Below, in pieces: positions 11,700 to 25,319 of a stretch of 64,000 nt of DNA. Source of the DNA: Octopus bimaculoides (Eukaryota); assembly GCF_001194135.2 (NCBI RefSeq), contig NC_068983.1, positions 79,521,752-79,585,751 of the forward strand. Reading direction: 5' to 3'. Within the stretch, counting starts at the first letter, position 1, and every line of letters begins with the position of its first letter. The notes under the pieces were generated by a model. That model was not told where the DNA came from and made no database searches. It was given only the letters and a program-made list of their open reading frames with translations. Position numbers and translations under genes: made by a program.

Positions 11700-12060
11700 T
11701 ATAACACTCTTGTCCACTAAGCCACTTGTGCATGTGAATCTGTAGCCACCCACCTTTTCTTTTATTCACTTGCTCATTCTGGAGAAAGGGGCAGTACAGG
11801 TCCTCTGATACTTGTGCAACTGATACTGTTAATGTTCTGTTGAAACTGTTACAAGTTGACACCTGCCGGAAAGGAGGAGATTTCCAAAGAGTGATGTTCT
11901 AGATAAGAAGGACTGTGCATAATGGGTCGGGCAAGACTGAATATGAAGTGGTGGATAGATGTGTATAGCAAGGATATTGAGAGGTAGAAAGACAAGTTGG
12001 TCATGAGTGCCTGAGTGGAGGGAGGTACAAGACTCAAAGGAACAGAAGTTTAGTGGCTAA
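11700..12060 (-). mobile_element. Possible Penelope-like element remnant (region just before the GIY-YIG domain)
   Basis: GC-richer island; frameshifted minus-strand motifs SCTSIRGP and RFTCTS resemble the Penelope linker. Weak. Confidence 0.3.
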
Positions 12061-12339
12061 GAGCATTATTTGAGTTTTGTTTGGTACCTTGCAAATATTC
12101 AGAAATATGATACCAGACACTGGTGGGAGATTAAACAAGTAAAAACATAGTATAAATGTAAATAAATGTAAATCATGAAAAATCTTTAATTTCTGAAGTT
12201 TGGCTCAGTAATCTGAAAAATGATAAACTAAGATATCTATGATTCTAAGTGATTCAAAATCAAATACGTTATTGTTTAAGTCATTCTCAGGATGTAAGCT
12301 GTCTGATATTTGGATTGACATTTAACTATATTATTTTTA

Positions 12340-12370
<31 letters not shown>

Positions 12371-12577
12371 NNNNNNNNNNNNNNNNNNNNNNNNNNNNNN
12401 NNNNNNNNNNNNNNNNNNNNNNNNNNNNNNNNNNNNNNNNNNNNNNNNNNNNNNNNNNNNNNNNNNNNNNNNNNNNNNNNNNNNNNNNNNNNNNNNNNNN
12501 NNNNNNNNNNNNNNNNNNNNNNNNNNNNNNNNNNNNNNNNNNNNNNNNNNNNNNNNNNNNNNNNNNNNNNNNNNNNN
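12371..12577. other. Assembly gap (N run) within (TA)n
   Basis: 207 N flanked by TA repeats. Confidence 0.98.
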
Positions 12578-15500
12578 ATATGTACACACACACAGATAGA
12601 TAGATAGAGTTAATGGATGAAAATATATGTAGAAAATTAGCTAGTTATCACATAGTTTATTGAAAGCTTTATCTAGTTTATGCTTTCAATGTGAGTTCTC
12701 TTAAGTCTCTTTAAAGCTCTTAAGTCAGCTGTTTTCAAGTATCTGCTTTTTATTTGTTTAATGCTTTCAAACTGTTTTAAAGTTATCATTTTATCTTAGC
12801 CTTCAGCTTAAATAGTTCTTTTATCTGGCTTCAAACATTATTTTCTTTAAGCTCTTTAATAAATTTTATATTTCTGATTGCTATCCATTGTATTTATTGA
12901 CTGGATCAGAAGCTAATCTTATAGATGTATTGATTTTCTTCAATTTTATAATACCTAATACACCTGTTATCGGTACAAAATACTGAATTTTGTAACATAT
13001 TGAAAGTTTATTGCCAATTGGGGAAATTGAGTTCTTCATAACCTCTTTCATAGCAGCTGAAGAAAATGTGTTAGGTTCGAAGAGAATTATCTGCTGGTGG
13101 TGTTAATGTCTAAATTGCATTAATGCAAGCTGAGTGTCCTAAACAAATTATAGTGCAAAATAAGTGCATATGTAGTTTAGATGCTGCTCTTATCCACTGA
13201 AATTACGAAAATAGTGTATATATTATTAACCATAACTGAACTCTAGACAGATTTCAATCTGAACAGCATAACAATTCTATCAGTTATATGAAAATAACTA
13301 AAGATTTAGAGTGAAATATTCAATTAAACTATATTAAATAGCTGTTGAACTTTGAATTGAAATGAATATATTGCTTACTGTGATTTATTTATGGCATAAT
13401 AATTTCTGGTATTTAATGGGTGTTAGCTACTCATCCAGTTTCCATGCCACTTGGCAAAGAAATAACAATTGATAACCTGCAAGAGCACAATTTGTTTTAT
13501 GTATCAGTATATTTACAAGCAAAGGCAGTATGTGAACCACAACTATAATTTCAGTATTGTGTAGAGAGCAATTTCAATAATTTCAATGTAGATTTCACTG
13601 TGTTTCATAATAGTCTTGAGATAATACGAGAACAATTTGATTGGCAGAAATACCACTGTTTGCAAACAAACTGAGAAGAATAAAGTTGTTATTATTATTT
13701 AGTCCCAGGCCATCCCTACGATCAAAATCTTTCAAAACTATATTATTCATTCTTTCTTCGTTAAGAAAGATAGTATGGCATTATAGATTTGGTGGATATT
13801 TCTCAGGTGTTTCTAGCTGCTCGAGTAACATTCTGGAGACTTTCATATTGGCTAGAAAACAGTAAAATTTTATGGAATGGAATGTTCTCTGGCATACTAA
13901 ATGTCCAAATTTGATTTCTTGTCCAACTGAATAGTAACATAAATGAAGAACTAACCAAACCTCAGTCTTGAATCTTCGGTTCCTTTTTATTTCTCTTCTT
14001 CCTTCACATGAAATAGAATTTGAAATTTATTAAAACCTTTGAAAATAAATGCACCTTATAAAGTGTCATAAAACCAATAAAAATTAAAATCCAAATATTT
14101 TAATAGAATAATTTTTTATTCCACTTTGGAAGCTATTTGTATTTACTGATCAAAATTTTGTTGTTGTTTTTTTTTAACAATGAAAAGGAAAGTTAATAAT
14201 ACAATCAAGTTAATGAGAACATTTGAAAATGCTATGTTATTGCATTGCATCAGCTGAAAGATCATGATGTAACACAAAACACACAATTATGTTCCATATT
14301 CATTTCTAACAATACAAGACATTTCCATTTTGATTAGTGCGATTTAGAGTAACCACTTGGTTCTCAGTGTAGAGATATTCATTCACATTCTAGCAACAAA
14401 CTAGCGTAATAGGCTTTACTGGTTAGTTGGCTGGGGTTTTTTAATAAAATCTCACATGCAATCATTTTCTTATTCTTTCCTGTAATCCATTTTTTTAATG
14501 TCTAATAACATAGCATTTAATATCTTCCTTACAATATTGAATCAAATTTCATTGATATATTATAGATGGATGTGCTGTTCTTGCTCAGCTACTAGTGTAC
14601 ACATTCAACATGTCTAAACAAGTTTGATCTATTATCTGAAACACTACAAAACCAATTTCTGTCATGATCATCATCTTTTCTTTTTACAGCTTTTTTATCT
14701 ATTTTGTTTTAAACAAAAACAACTTTTATTCAAATCTCTTAACCAGTTTCCATTTCTATTTTCATCAAACTTTATTTTACTGGAGATCATTGCACACTGA
14801 ACACTCCCATATTGTTTTTGCTGTCAGATATATACCTATCTCTTCCTCTGTTTTTTATACATATACACACACAACCTGTAAGATACAGAAAATTGCAAAA
14901 GAGAAATATGTACAAAATAGTTTTTCTTTCCTGTGTGTCTATTAGTGAAGGGAGAAAAAAACAACAACAAAAACACAAAAAAATATTTTTGAACTTCTTT
15001 ATCCATAAATTGTATTTAACCACTAATGGCAGGAACATAATAAACCAGACATTATTTAGTTGTACTTTATAGCATGACAGGAAAAGATTCCTACTAACTC
15101 TAAATTTTCTTTTGAAAAGCAATGCATTTAATTTACAGGAGAATGTCATTTATTTAGAAAATTTCCTTCTTTGAAAATTCTTCGCACTTTTTTTTTCTCA
15201 TATATATATGTGTGTGTGTGTGTGTGTATAAAGCAAGGAAGTAGTCAGTGAAAATCTAGTTAAATTTCCATCAAACTGTTATTGAATACTTCAATACTTT
15301 AAAATTCATTGCATGCGTTCATTTTTGAAGTATTCACTAGTGTTAATCTATAGAACATCTTGTGATAATGCAGGGCCAATTTGTCTTTTTCGTCTTTATG
15401 TAAAAGACAGGAAACTTTAAAATTGTATGATTTTTTTTAAAGTAATGTATCATATTGAGTTGTTGATTTGTTTTGTAGTTTGAGAAAGTGTTTAAATACT

Positions 15501-15927
15501 TAAATATTTTATTATTTTGTTGTAAATATTTTTGACATAGCATACATAATTTAAGAGATCATTTTTAATAAAATTTTTTATCAAAATTTAAGGTGAACTT
15601 TCCATTTGATGTCAGATTTATAACTATATCAGAAATACTGTTTCACTTCCAAAGTATAAAATCATCTTGTAAGATGTGGAAAGTGATTAATTGCTTGTGT
15701 GTATTTGTATGGTCTATAGTAAAAGAAGTGGGCTAACAAGGGAATCTCAACATGGTTATTCAACTTGCTAGCAATAACAACTAAATTTTCCTCAAATCAT
15801 ACATACTATATTAAAGTGCAAAAGAACAGATTAGAAAATGTAATCCTTGGTGTACTGTGCCTGAGAGTAAGAAAAGATAGCTCATCTGGAATGCTTTTGA
15901 CCTTAGAACTACTCAATTGGATTTGGC

Positions 15928-16148
15928 TTAACTCTTTAGCATTCAGATTACACGGTCAAATGTCTTGCTTATTTATTCATATTGTTTTGAATCAATCATG
16001 CATTATCTTGTAGCTTTGAGATATCAATGATGTGATTGTTTATTTTAAGATTGTAGGGTAGGTGTGAAAGGTCAAACCTACCAGATGGAACTGAAAGCAA
16101 GTAGAATATTTGGGGCTGATATGGCCAGTTTGAATGCTAAAAGGTTAA
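15928..16148 (+). mobile_element. piggyBac-like MITE (family A)
   Basis: TTAACTCTTTAGCATTCA ... TGAATGCTAAAAGGTTAA: TIR of about 18 bp including TTAA ends; homologous to 45790-45975. Confidence 0.8.
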
Positions 16149-16800
16149 AGTTAAATATCAATAACAATAATAGAAAAAGTATAATCTTTACTCTCAATCA
16201 TCAGCTTTAAGCTTAAATAAGCTGATTGCAATTTATGAATAAAGGCAACTTGTGTAGAAGGCTTCTGTGTATCGACTAATCTCAGGTCAGTTTTCAAAGA
16301 CAGGGTCATTTCAAAGACCAGGGTCATTTATATGCCAGTTGGTGCGTTATTTTATTCAAGTTTACAGCTAAATTAGTGTAGCTGAATCTTCAATTGATAA
16401 TCAGGACCAAAGCTATTGTCTCAACTTATCCAACTGATATTTCAAGCAAGAAATATTAAAATACAATGGCTAGTTTTGCAATGTTTTATTATACAAAACA
16501 TAGAAAATTTAGTTTTTTACATCACAGCTTATCGAAATACATGAGTCTTTAAATATTCCTTCAGGTCATTTGAAGGTGAAAGAATAAAATTAACTGCAGA
16601 CTCTGTTAGCACTGATCTTTCGTTTCTTATTGACACATGTATCTAATTATGTTTATTGACAAATATATATCTGGTCACTGAATCTGGTCACACCATATAT
16701 CCTGATTTGCTGAATCAAATATCTCCCAGCTGTCTTAAATCAATTCATTGTTGACAGAAATGCTAATTTAGTTATGTTTTTAAATATTAGACTACAAATC

Positions 16801-17048
16801 TTAACCTTTCACTGCAAAATTAAATTTCATGGTTATTCCAGTAATGATGTTAAATGTCTAACAAAAAATAGAATTGGTATTTTCTGCAAATCACATTGCC
16901 TCTATAAGTTTGACATATTTCAACAAAAAATAGTTTCAAATATGGCATTCCTCAACACAAAACAGATTCACATATAAAACTGCTTTCTGCTGTTAAAAGT
17001 GATGGAACTTAGAATAGATATATCTGATTTCCAGAGTAAAAGGGTTAA
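16801..17048 (+). mobile_element. piggyBac-like MITE (family C)
   Basis: TTAACCTTTCACTG ... CAGAGTAAAAGGGTTAA: TTAA ends and an imperfect TIR. Confidence 0.55.
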
Positions 17049-17135
17049 GTTTCAAACTTCAGTTATAATTCAATAAAATATTCAATAGTTTGCATCTGAT
17101 AAAATAATGTCAATAATATCTTCATGTAAGACAAT

Positions 17136-17350
17136 GAGCTAGCAGAATTGTTACCATGCTGGGCAAAATACTTACCAGTATTTTGTCCATCTTTATGCTT
17201 TTAGTTCGAATTCAGCCGAGTTTGACTTTACCTTTCATCCTTTTGGGGTCGATAAAATAAGAACCAGTTGAGCCCTTGGATCAATGTACATGGTATTACT
17301 GTCACCCCTAGACTTGCTAACCTTGTGCCAAAATTTGAAACCAGTATTAT
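17136..17350 (+). mobile_element. tRNA-derived SINE (GAGCTGGCAGAA-head family)
   Basis: Homologous to 9694-9910. Confidence 0.8.
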
Positions 17351-18431
17351 CTTCAAGTTACAAGGCTGCTGCAACAATATTACAATGCTATCAGAATGCT
17401 ACTGCAATAATATTGCAATGCTCTTACAAAGTTGTTACAATGGTATCACAAAGAGACTGAAATGAAGCTATAATGATATTACAATTTTATTAGTGATGTC
17501 CCATAACTATGGTAATAAAGTCACAATACTATTTTTTTTTTACACCTGATTTATTCAGATAAAGAAGGGCAACTCTCAAAGCTTTTTTTATGACTTCTAA
17601 GAGTGATGAGAGAAAGAAAAAAAATTAATAGAAACTTAGAATGCTTGCAACTTGCAATGCAATGGATTCCACTAAAGGTACCTAAGATCTAGTTTGAGGT
17701 GTTAAACTGGGTGATTGATGAAGCTGAGTGCACAAGATTAGAAGCAGTTCATCCAACAAGCTTCCACACGATTCCTGTCTACTAAATTTCAATCAGAAAA
17801 AAAACGTTTGTCCAAGATGCTTGTCCCAGTGATATTACAATGACATCACCATTATATTACATTGATATCATGAAGATATTACAATGATATTATGAAGATA
17901 CAAGAATGATATCACATTGTTATTATAATGCTCTAACCTGAATAACATTTCCATAATTATTTAAAATTTATTTGATTCTACCTATGATATAAGGAATATG
18001 ATAATATGATGATATTTTTTATGATATACATATTGTATTATATAGTGTGCATTATTTCAGTATGTTCTACAATATTTTGCTGTGATCTATAATCCGACAT
18101 TTTTAAGTAAGTGACTATTTTCATTTATTTGGTACTGTATTTTCATTGCAGTACCAGATTAGCCTTACACCATCTTTTTCCTACCATCAACATGCTCATA
18201 CCTTTTGATGTTTTAATTCTGTTTCTCCCCTACAGCAGTGGAATCAAGTTCCTGACACTGTTTCATATGGTTTGTAGTATAGGAATATTTTTTTTCTTTT
18301 GAGAAAGATTCAACCCAGATTTTTCTTCTTTGTCTAAACCAAGACTGCATGTTGAAAGAAATATGTTTAAAGGATTTCCTAGTAATCATAATGTATTAGT
18401 GAATATAATATTCTTTTACTGACTCCTATCC

Positions 18432-18816
18432 TGCTGTTGGCACTCCGTCGCTTACGACGTCGAGGGTTCCAGTTGATCCGATCAACGGAACAGCCTACTT
18501 GTGAAATTAACATGCAAGTGGCTGAGCACACCACAGACACATGTACCCTTAATGTAGTTCTCGGGGAGATTCAGCATGACACAGTGTGACAAGGCTGACC
18601 CCTTGAATTACAGGCACAGCAGAAACAGGAAGTAAGAGTGAGAGAAAGTTGTGGTGAAAGAGTACAGCAGGGTTCGCCACCATCCCCTGCCAGAGCCTCA
18701 TGGAGCTTTAGGTGTTTTCGCTCAATAAGCACTTACAACGCCCGGTCTGGGAATCGAAACCGCGATCCTATGACCGCGAGTCCGCTGCCCTAACCACTGA
18801 GCCATTGCACCTCCAC
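18432..18816 (-). mobile_element. Young full-length tRNA-derived SINE (third head type) with a 10-bp TSD
   Basis: Minus-strand head TGGCTCAGTGGT (A box) ... GGTTTCGATTCCC (B box). CpGs retained. TSD ACTCCTATCC at 18422-18431 and 18817-18826. Confidence 0.9.
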
Positions 18817-19300
18817 ACTCCTATCCAGTTACTGCACAAATCCTTTCTTCTGAAATTAACCACAGACAGGTGAAAGTTTGAAATTCTACTATCTTTCATT
18901 TTCTCCTGTTCATCAAAATCATGTGTCTTTTAAAAATAAACAACGATATGTTAGTGCATTTTCAGTAGTCATTTATTTATGAAAGTCAAATAAATCTTAA
19001 AGTTTTAAAATAATGAATAAAGGTCATGACTTCAACTTCATCCATTAGTAATTTGTTGTATCCCTTGGTTGTTTGTAAATCTGTATTGTCTCAACCACCT
19101 GATAGCTGAGTGACTGATATTTAGAAGACTTCCACCTGAGCAATGCAATGCGAATTTACTCATTTACTCATTCTTGATGTGGTCCAAGTGTGAGCTGATT
19201 AAGCTGCTGCTGTAATATCTCACTTTCAATGTCTGTATCTTCCTTTGAATCTCTGCCATGAACATTCATGTGTCTGATAGTACCAGTGTAATCTGGTGCC

Positions 19301-19303
<3 letters not shown>

Positions 19304-19348
<45 letters not shown>
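19304..19348. repeat. 45-nt poly(T)/poly(A) homopolymer
   Basis: Counted directly. Confidence 0.95.
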
Positions 19349-19349
<1 letters not shown>

Positions 19350-20480
19350 TTATAGTAATGTTCCTATTTTTCCATTTTGTTTTCTTGAAATTATGGCTGG
19401 TTTGGTTCTGGGCTAGACAACATAAGTTGTTTACTCTTTAGCAGGCTTCTTACTTTCTTTAGGAAATCAGTACATTTGCTTGAAGTTGATGACCCCAATC
19501 TCTTACTGTCTATATTTCCATGCTTCTTAGCATAGACTATTGCTTGTTTAACTCCAAGTGATTCCTGATTAGACCTATGGTCAAACGTATGGCTACTATG
19601 AATCGCTCCTCTTTTTGTATATATGGGATTACACTGAGAAAATGTCTTTTCTCTATCAAGATAGTAGAATGTGATTTAGAAGTTAAATTAATAGAGTAAG
19701 ATCTGGTAGCTATTCCTTGCAAGTCAAACAACTGTATAGATTCACTTTCATTAGTTTAATTCTCCCTTGTAACTTCCATAATGTCTTCCAATTGTAACCT
19801 TTTCTTACCTTTTTTCCCCACAAATATGATGTCATATGTTAACCACTATAAATACTTATAAATGACATTTGAGATGACTCTGCTGTGCATTTACTCAACT
19901 TGCTAAAAATAGCAACTAAAATCACCCACTTATTGCAACTTACTGTCTTGTAGAAAGGACACAGTGGATACTGTATTTCTTCATGTTAAGTAACTAAATA
20001 AAATTAAAATAACGAAATGGAAATAGTGGAAACCTTTGATCATAAATTGATTTGGAGATAAATAACAACAATAGTAACAACAGCAACAATGTACCATGAG
20101 CATGAATACGAATTTCCAGTGCAGACTGATTGATGAATGTTGATACTGAGTAATGATAAAGCATTTCAGCATTACTCACTAATATTATCCAAATTTTAAA
20201 TTTCTCTCAAAAAGCTAATGGATGTTTCCAAGTGAAAATAAGATAAATATTGCAGGTATGACAGAAAGTAGATAGCAATTCTCAAAAGAGTTCAGAAACA
20301 GTTAGTGCTTAATTTTAAGAGATTAATACCACAGAAACAAAGACAGTTTCAGAACAACCAATGTAAGTTTTATGGTAGTATATTCATTAATTGGTCTTCA
20401 GTATATGGAATACATAAGCCATAATCTTTTTTTCACTTCCATTTTAATTCACTCTTATCAAGCACAGTTGAAATATTTAA

Positions 20481-20930
20481 TCATCATCATCCATTTAACA
20501 TCCACTCTTCTTTGCTTGCATGTGTCAGATGGAATTCATTATATCTGATTTCCTATGGCTATGTTCCTCCTTCCACCAGCCCTCACTGTTTTCTAGTAAG
20601 ATATTTCCCCATGACCAGACATGTTTTCTTGGAAGATTGTAAACAAAGGATAGCACTTGAATGGTGACATCATTTACAAACTATCATACAGTATCAAAAC
20701 ATAGAGGCTCATGCGCACAAACACACACACAACACACACTCACACACACACACACACACACACACACAAATATATGGTCTTTCAATTTCCATCGTTCAAA
20801 TCTTCTCACAAGACTTTGGTTGGCCTGGGGCTATTGTAGAAAATACTTCCTAAAGGTTCCACACAGTGGGAATGAGCCCCAAAACCAATTGGTTGGAAGT
20901 GAACTTCTTAGCCACACAGCCATGTCCACA
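20481..20930 (-). mobile_element. SINE: GTGGCTGTGTGG-type head + (TG)n + (GAT)n-type tail
   Basis: Head at about 20780-20930 matches 23291 and 60805; the tail ends GTTAAATGGATGATGATGAT. Confidence 0.7.
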
Positions 20931-20959
20931 CCTTATGATCTTGAAAAATGAAAATTAAG

Positions 20960-21082
20960 AAAGAAATTGTTGAGAAGGCTGAACTAAGTAAATCTTCTGT
21001 CCAATGGTAAAAGGTGTAAAATAAAGTGGTTTGGTCATGTAATCCAACATCATTTTACTTTAAGAACACGTTAAAAGGGATC
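20960..21082 (+). mobile_element. RTE-type LINE RT C-terminal fragment
   Basis: NLLSNGKRCKIKWFGHVIQHHFTLRTR*KG fits the LLxxVKRRKLxWFGHVxRH...LQG pattern. Confidence 0.55.
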
Positions 21083-23290
21083 CTTTACATATTCACAGCA
21101 AAAATAACAGCAAATTACACCCTACCATCTTAAATAATGAAAGAACACATTGTAGTTGTGGATATCCTTTAAAAGACTGGATAGTCACAGGTAGAATATC
21201 TTTCAACATAGGTTTGCTTGATCAGAGGAGACTTAGAGTTAACAACAAACTCTTGTGAATATACTTCTGCTAAAGGAGGGAGTGGAAATCCATAAATGAA
21301 AGAATTGAGTAACATAAAGAATTGACAGAGGTGAAGATGGAGAAAGACATGATAACTGATGACATCATGTAAAATGAAAAAAAAAAATTGATTCCCTGAG
21401 CAATAAAGACCTCCTTAGGTTATGAATCATGATGATGATTTTCTTCTTAAATTATAACACTACGAATAAAAATAACAATGATAATGCTTGAGTAAATAGT
21501 ATTTCAATAGCAGAAGTATTTAGTAGTTAGCACGGAGGTGTAAACATTAGCTTATGGCAACTAGTTGGTTTCAAGGAATCATAGAGAAACAGGTATGCTA
21601 GAAGAATTTCATTTTTTGTTTTTGACCATAGATAAGAAAAAAGACTCTGGGTATTCTTTTGGTCTCAAGAACATTGAAATTATTTTCCACTTGAATTCAT
21701 TTGCCTTCAATCTCTTCTTCTTTTTGTAGACTAAACTGTAACAGGTAAATGTAATATAAACTGACATAGATAGGTTTGTATGAGTATAGTCTTTATGGTC
21801 ATAAGTAACTTAGTCATCTCTCTTGTCTCTTATTTTTTAGTGGAAATTGAGCAGGGGAATAAATCTTGTGTATGTATAATTGTACAATAGATGTGTGTGT
21901 ACACTCACACATACATACGTATTGATGTTATATACATATAGCTATTACATACATATTATATACATACACATGGGTATTGATTATGTATAAATATACATAG
22001 AGAGTTATTACATATATTTATATGTTTATTGGCATATATATATATATGTGTGTGTGGTAATTGATTTTGTTATCCCAAGATGATAGAAGCAAAAACACAG
22101 ACAAATATTGAAGAAAGCTAAGATCTTGAAATAATTTCTCATCAGCCAAAATAGTCTTTGACATTATTATACTTGACATTTTTATTGCTTGAAGGAAAAT
22201 ATAATATCACCAGTTTTATCCTTATCGTTAAAATCTTAGTTTAGATGGTCTTAAGTGATTATCATAGCAAAATAGTTTTTTAATTGTAATGGCCATATTT
22301 GTGTAATGTACCATTTGTTGCCTAAAATGATTGTTTTCATAACTAAGCTCTTCACATGCTTTTTACATTAGCCTTTGACATCATCATCGTATGTATTCTT
22401 GTTTTTATTATACTTCAGTTAATTTACTATTTTCTTATCTGTTTAATTCATATTTTTACAGTCACATGTTACTAATAAATGTTTAGAGAATTTCAATTTT
22501 TCACATTTTTGCATTTTTATGCACATAAAATTTTGACATTCAAGCATACGCTATTTAGCTTTAAAAAGATATTATTCAAGTCTATCTATTTCAATGTGCA
22601 AAGCAGGTCACTAATATTTTCATAACACTTTCTGCATTAAATCAATTATAAACTTTACAGTTGTTAAGATTTTATTTAAGTTAGTGTTCAGCTTCTTTTC
22701 TCTTAATATAGATCGTCAATGTAAAACATTTAAGTTGCGTTTCATTTTGAATTTAATACTTAAGGACTAAAACATTAAACCAAGGCTTATTTTTTCAAAT
22801 CATATAAATTAATTTTCATACCAGCTTTATGCTGCTACCTTTGTTAACTTAATGAACAAAGCATTTCCTAAATAGTATGATAGATATGATATGGTGGTTT
22901 TAACAATCTTACAACTGTAAGATTATTTTCCATAAAATTGTGAGCTATGAAATGAAAACCAATATTAGAGATATTTTGCCTGTTCAGAATTAGAATACCA
23001 ATACATTTAGAACACAAGAGTATTACTGGTCGTCGTCAGTAGCTTAACATAGTTCTATTATCTCTAAGACAGAATTACTTTAACAAAGATCAATGTGTGT
23101 ACATTGCGAAAGTAATTGCTACACATGGATGAATTCTTGCATGTGGGAAAAATCCAAATAACAAATACCCAAATTACCTCCGCCACACACACACACACAC
23201 ACACACACATGTATGCACATACAGAAATATATATTTATATTCATAATAATATAATAATAACAATAATATATGGATATATAATAAAACTAT

Positions 23291-23668
23291 AGGAGTGGCT
23301 GTGTGGTAAGAAGCTTGCTTTCCAACCACATGGTTCTGGCTTCATTCCCACTGCATGGCACCTTGGGCAAGTGTCTTCCACTATAGCCTTGGGCCAACCA
23401 AAGCCTTGTGAGTGGATTTGGTAGATAGGAACTGAAAAGAAGCCCATCATATATATTATGTATGTATTTGCGTCTGTGTTTGTACTCCTACCATCGCATG
23501 ACAACCAATGTCAGTGTGTTTATGTACCCGTAACTTAGTGGTTTGGCAAAAAAGACCGATTGAATAAGTACTAGGCTTACAATGAATAAGTCCTAGGGTC
23601 AATTTGTTTGACTAAAGATGGTGCTCCTACATGGCTACAATCAAATGACTGAAACAAGTAAAAGAATA
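23291..23668 (+). mobile_element. Full-length tRNA-derived SINE (GTGGCTGTGTGG head, GTAAAAGA tail)
   Basis: Head, central TA-rich stretch and tail TGACTGAAACAAGTAAAAGA are collinear with 60805-61172. Confidence 0.9.
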
Positions 23669-25239
23669 TAGATAGATAACATATTTGTGTTTTGAATATA
23701 GTTCTACATGGCAAAGGGACATAACATATTACAACTGACTAAACTTTCTCTAGATTACTATTAGACATCTTTGAATTTATTTGAGCTTGTTTACTATGGG
23801 CAGAACTTCAACGCTACAATTATGTAGCTCACTCAGTGCCTTTTACTTGCATTACATGGGTTTTGCGTATTATATCTCTCTGAAAATATTGTTGATATTT
23901 GCACCATGTAAACCTGATGTTTTGTTAAAATAAGGATGTGTGAGGAAAATTTGTTACCTGCATATATAGAAAATTATGAATAAAAAGTTTGCAGCTATGA
24001 TCAAATTAAATTTGAGGCTATAGAAATACATAATTATTACAAGAATGTATGGTTTCAGAACATGGAAATTATAAATTTTAAAAAAAAGTGATTGAACGGC
24101 CTATCATATTCTGCTAATATTCATATAAAAATATATAAAAATCCTTAAGTTATAGAATAATCTTCAATCTCAAACCTTAGGGAGTTTTTTTTTTCTATTC
24201 AGAATGATTAATTGCAATATGTTTGTAGTGTATTCAATTATCAGCTATGACAGAATTAGTTGATTCCTGATCTTAATTGATTAAGCTATCTTAAGATAGA
24301 GCTGATATTTGAAATCCCCATAATTTTTATAGACAATTTCAAATTTATTGTTAATTAAAGTTGTAATTGCTACTAATATTACACTGTCTTGAAGATATAG
24401 ATTTTAGTTTAAGTATAAATTTGTTAGATTTATGTACTATATTTATATGATTTCATGTTGAAATTGGGTTTTAATTTTTCAAGTGAGAAGAGGAAAGAAG
24501 AATCATCTACTAAATAATCATCATTCTTCGTTGTTCAGTAATTCTTTTTTCTTTGTTTTTTCTTTTTTTTTTATAGAACAAAACCAAACATAAATTCTTT
24601 ATGGTCATAGCTATCAGTGAAAACTCATTCATAGGTTTTGTTCTTAAACGAGGCAAAATTTTGCTAAATTCTGAAATTCTTAAAAGTTTGGAAGATTAAT
24701 GATTAGTGATTAAATTCCTTCATATATAATTTTTTTTTTTTTTGAACCTTCATTCTTGAAGTAGAAAGCTATAAATAACAGCATGTAAGTTTTAGGTTAA
24801 AACCACTAGGATAGTAAAAGTCAAAAACTACCTGCTTCAAGATCCAACATTCCAAAAACAAATTATTTCATGTTCTCTTAAAGTTTAAACATTCTTATGA
24901 CATCTTCATATATATTTATATAAAATAAGATGAGATTTTCTTATATTAGCTACTAGTATATTGCATCATTGTGGTTCGCAGTAGTAAGGACATGATCCAT
25001 CCATATAATCCATGATATGCAATAAACATGATCAAAATTCATGTAGGATTGTGTGATATTGAATAATTTTACTAGTTATTAAGTTCACTGTCTTATCTTG
25101 GAAATATTATACGTAGTTAAATGGTTTCCTTCTCTGTGGAATTTTCTTAAATGAAGGTGCTACTAAGCATACTATCTCAGTTGTTAGTTCTTGGAATATG
25201 TTGGATCACTATATATAAGATACTTGGAATTACTGCATA

Positions 25240-25279
<40 letters not shown>

Positions 25280-25309
25280 TATATATATATATAAATATAT
25301 ATAAAATAT

Positions 25310-25319
25310 NNNNNNNNNN
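25310..25319. other. Assembly gap (10 N)
   Basis: N run in a TA repeat. Confidence 0.98.

Noticed and set aside
12249-12599. ORFs running through N gaps or TA/CA microsatellites (also 26515-26823, 43203-43604, 55268-55685, 59199-59523)
   Set aside because: YIYI/HTHT translations of simple repeats and unknown bases; not coding evidence.
18740-18816. tRNA-like A/B boxes (also at other SINE heads)
   Set aside because: These are SINE heads continuing into SINE bodies; no complete cloverleaf, so not called tRNA genes.
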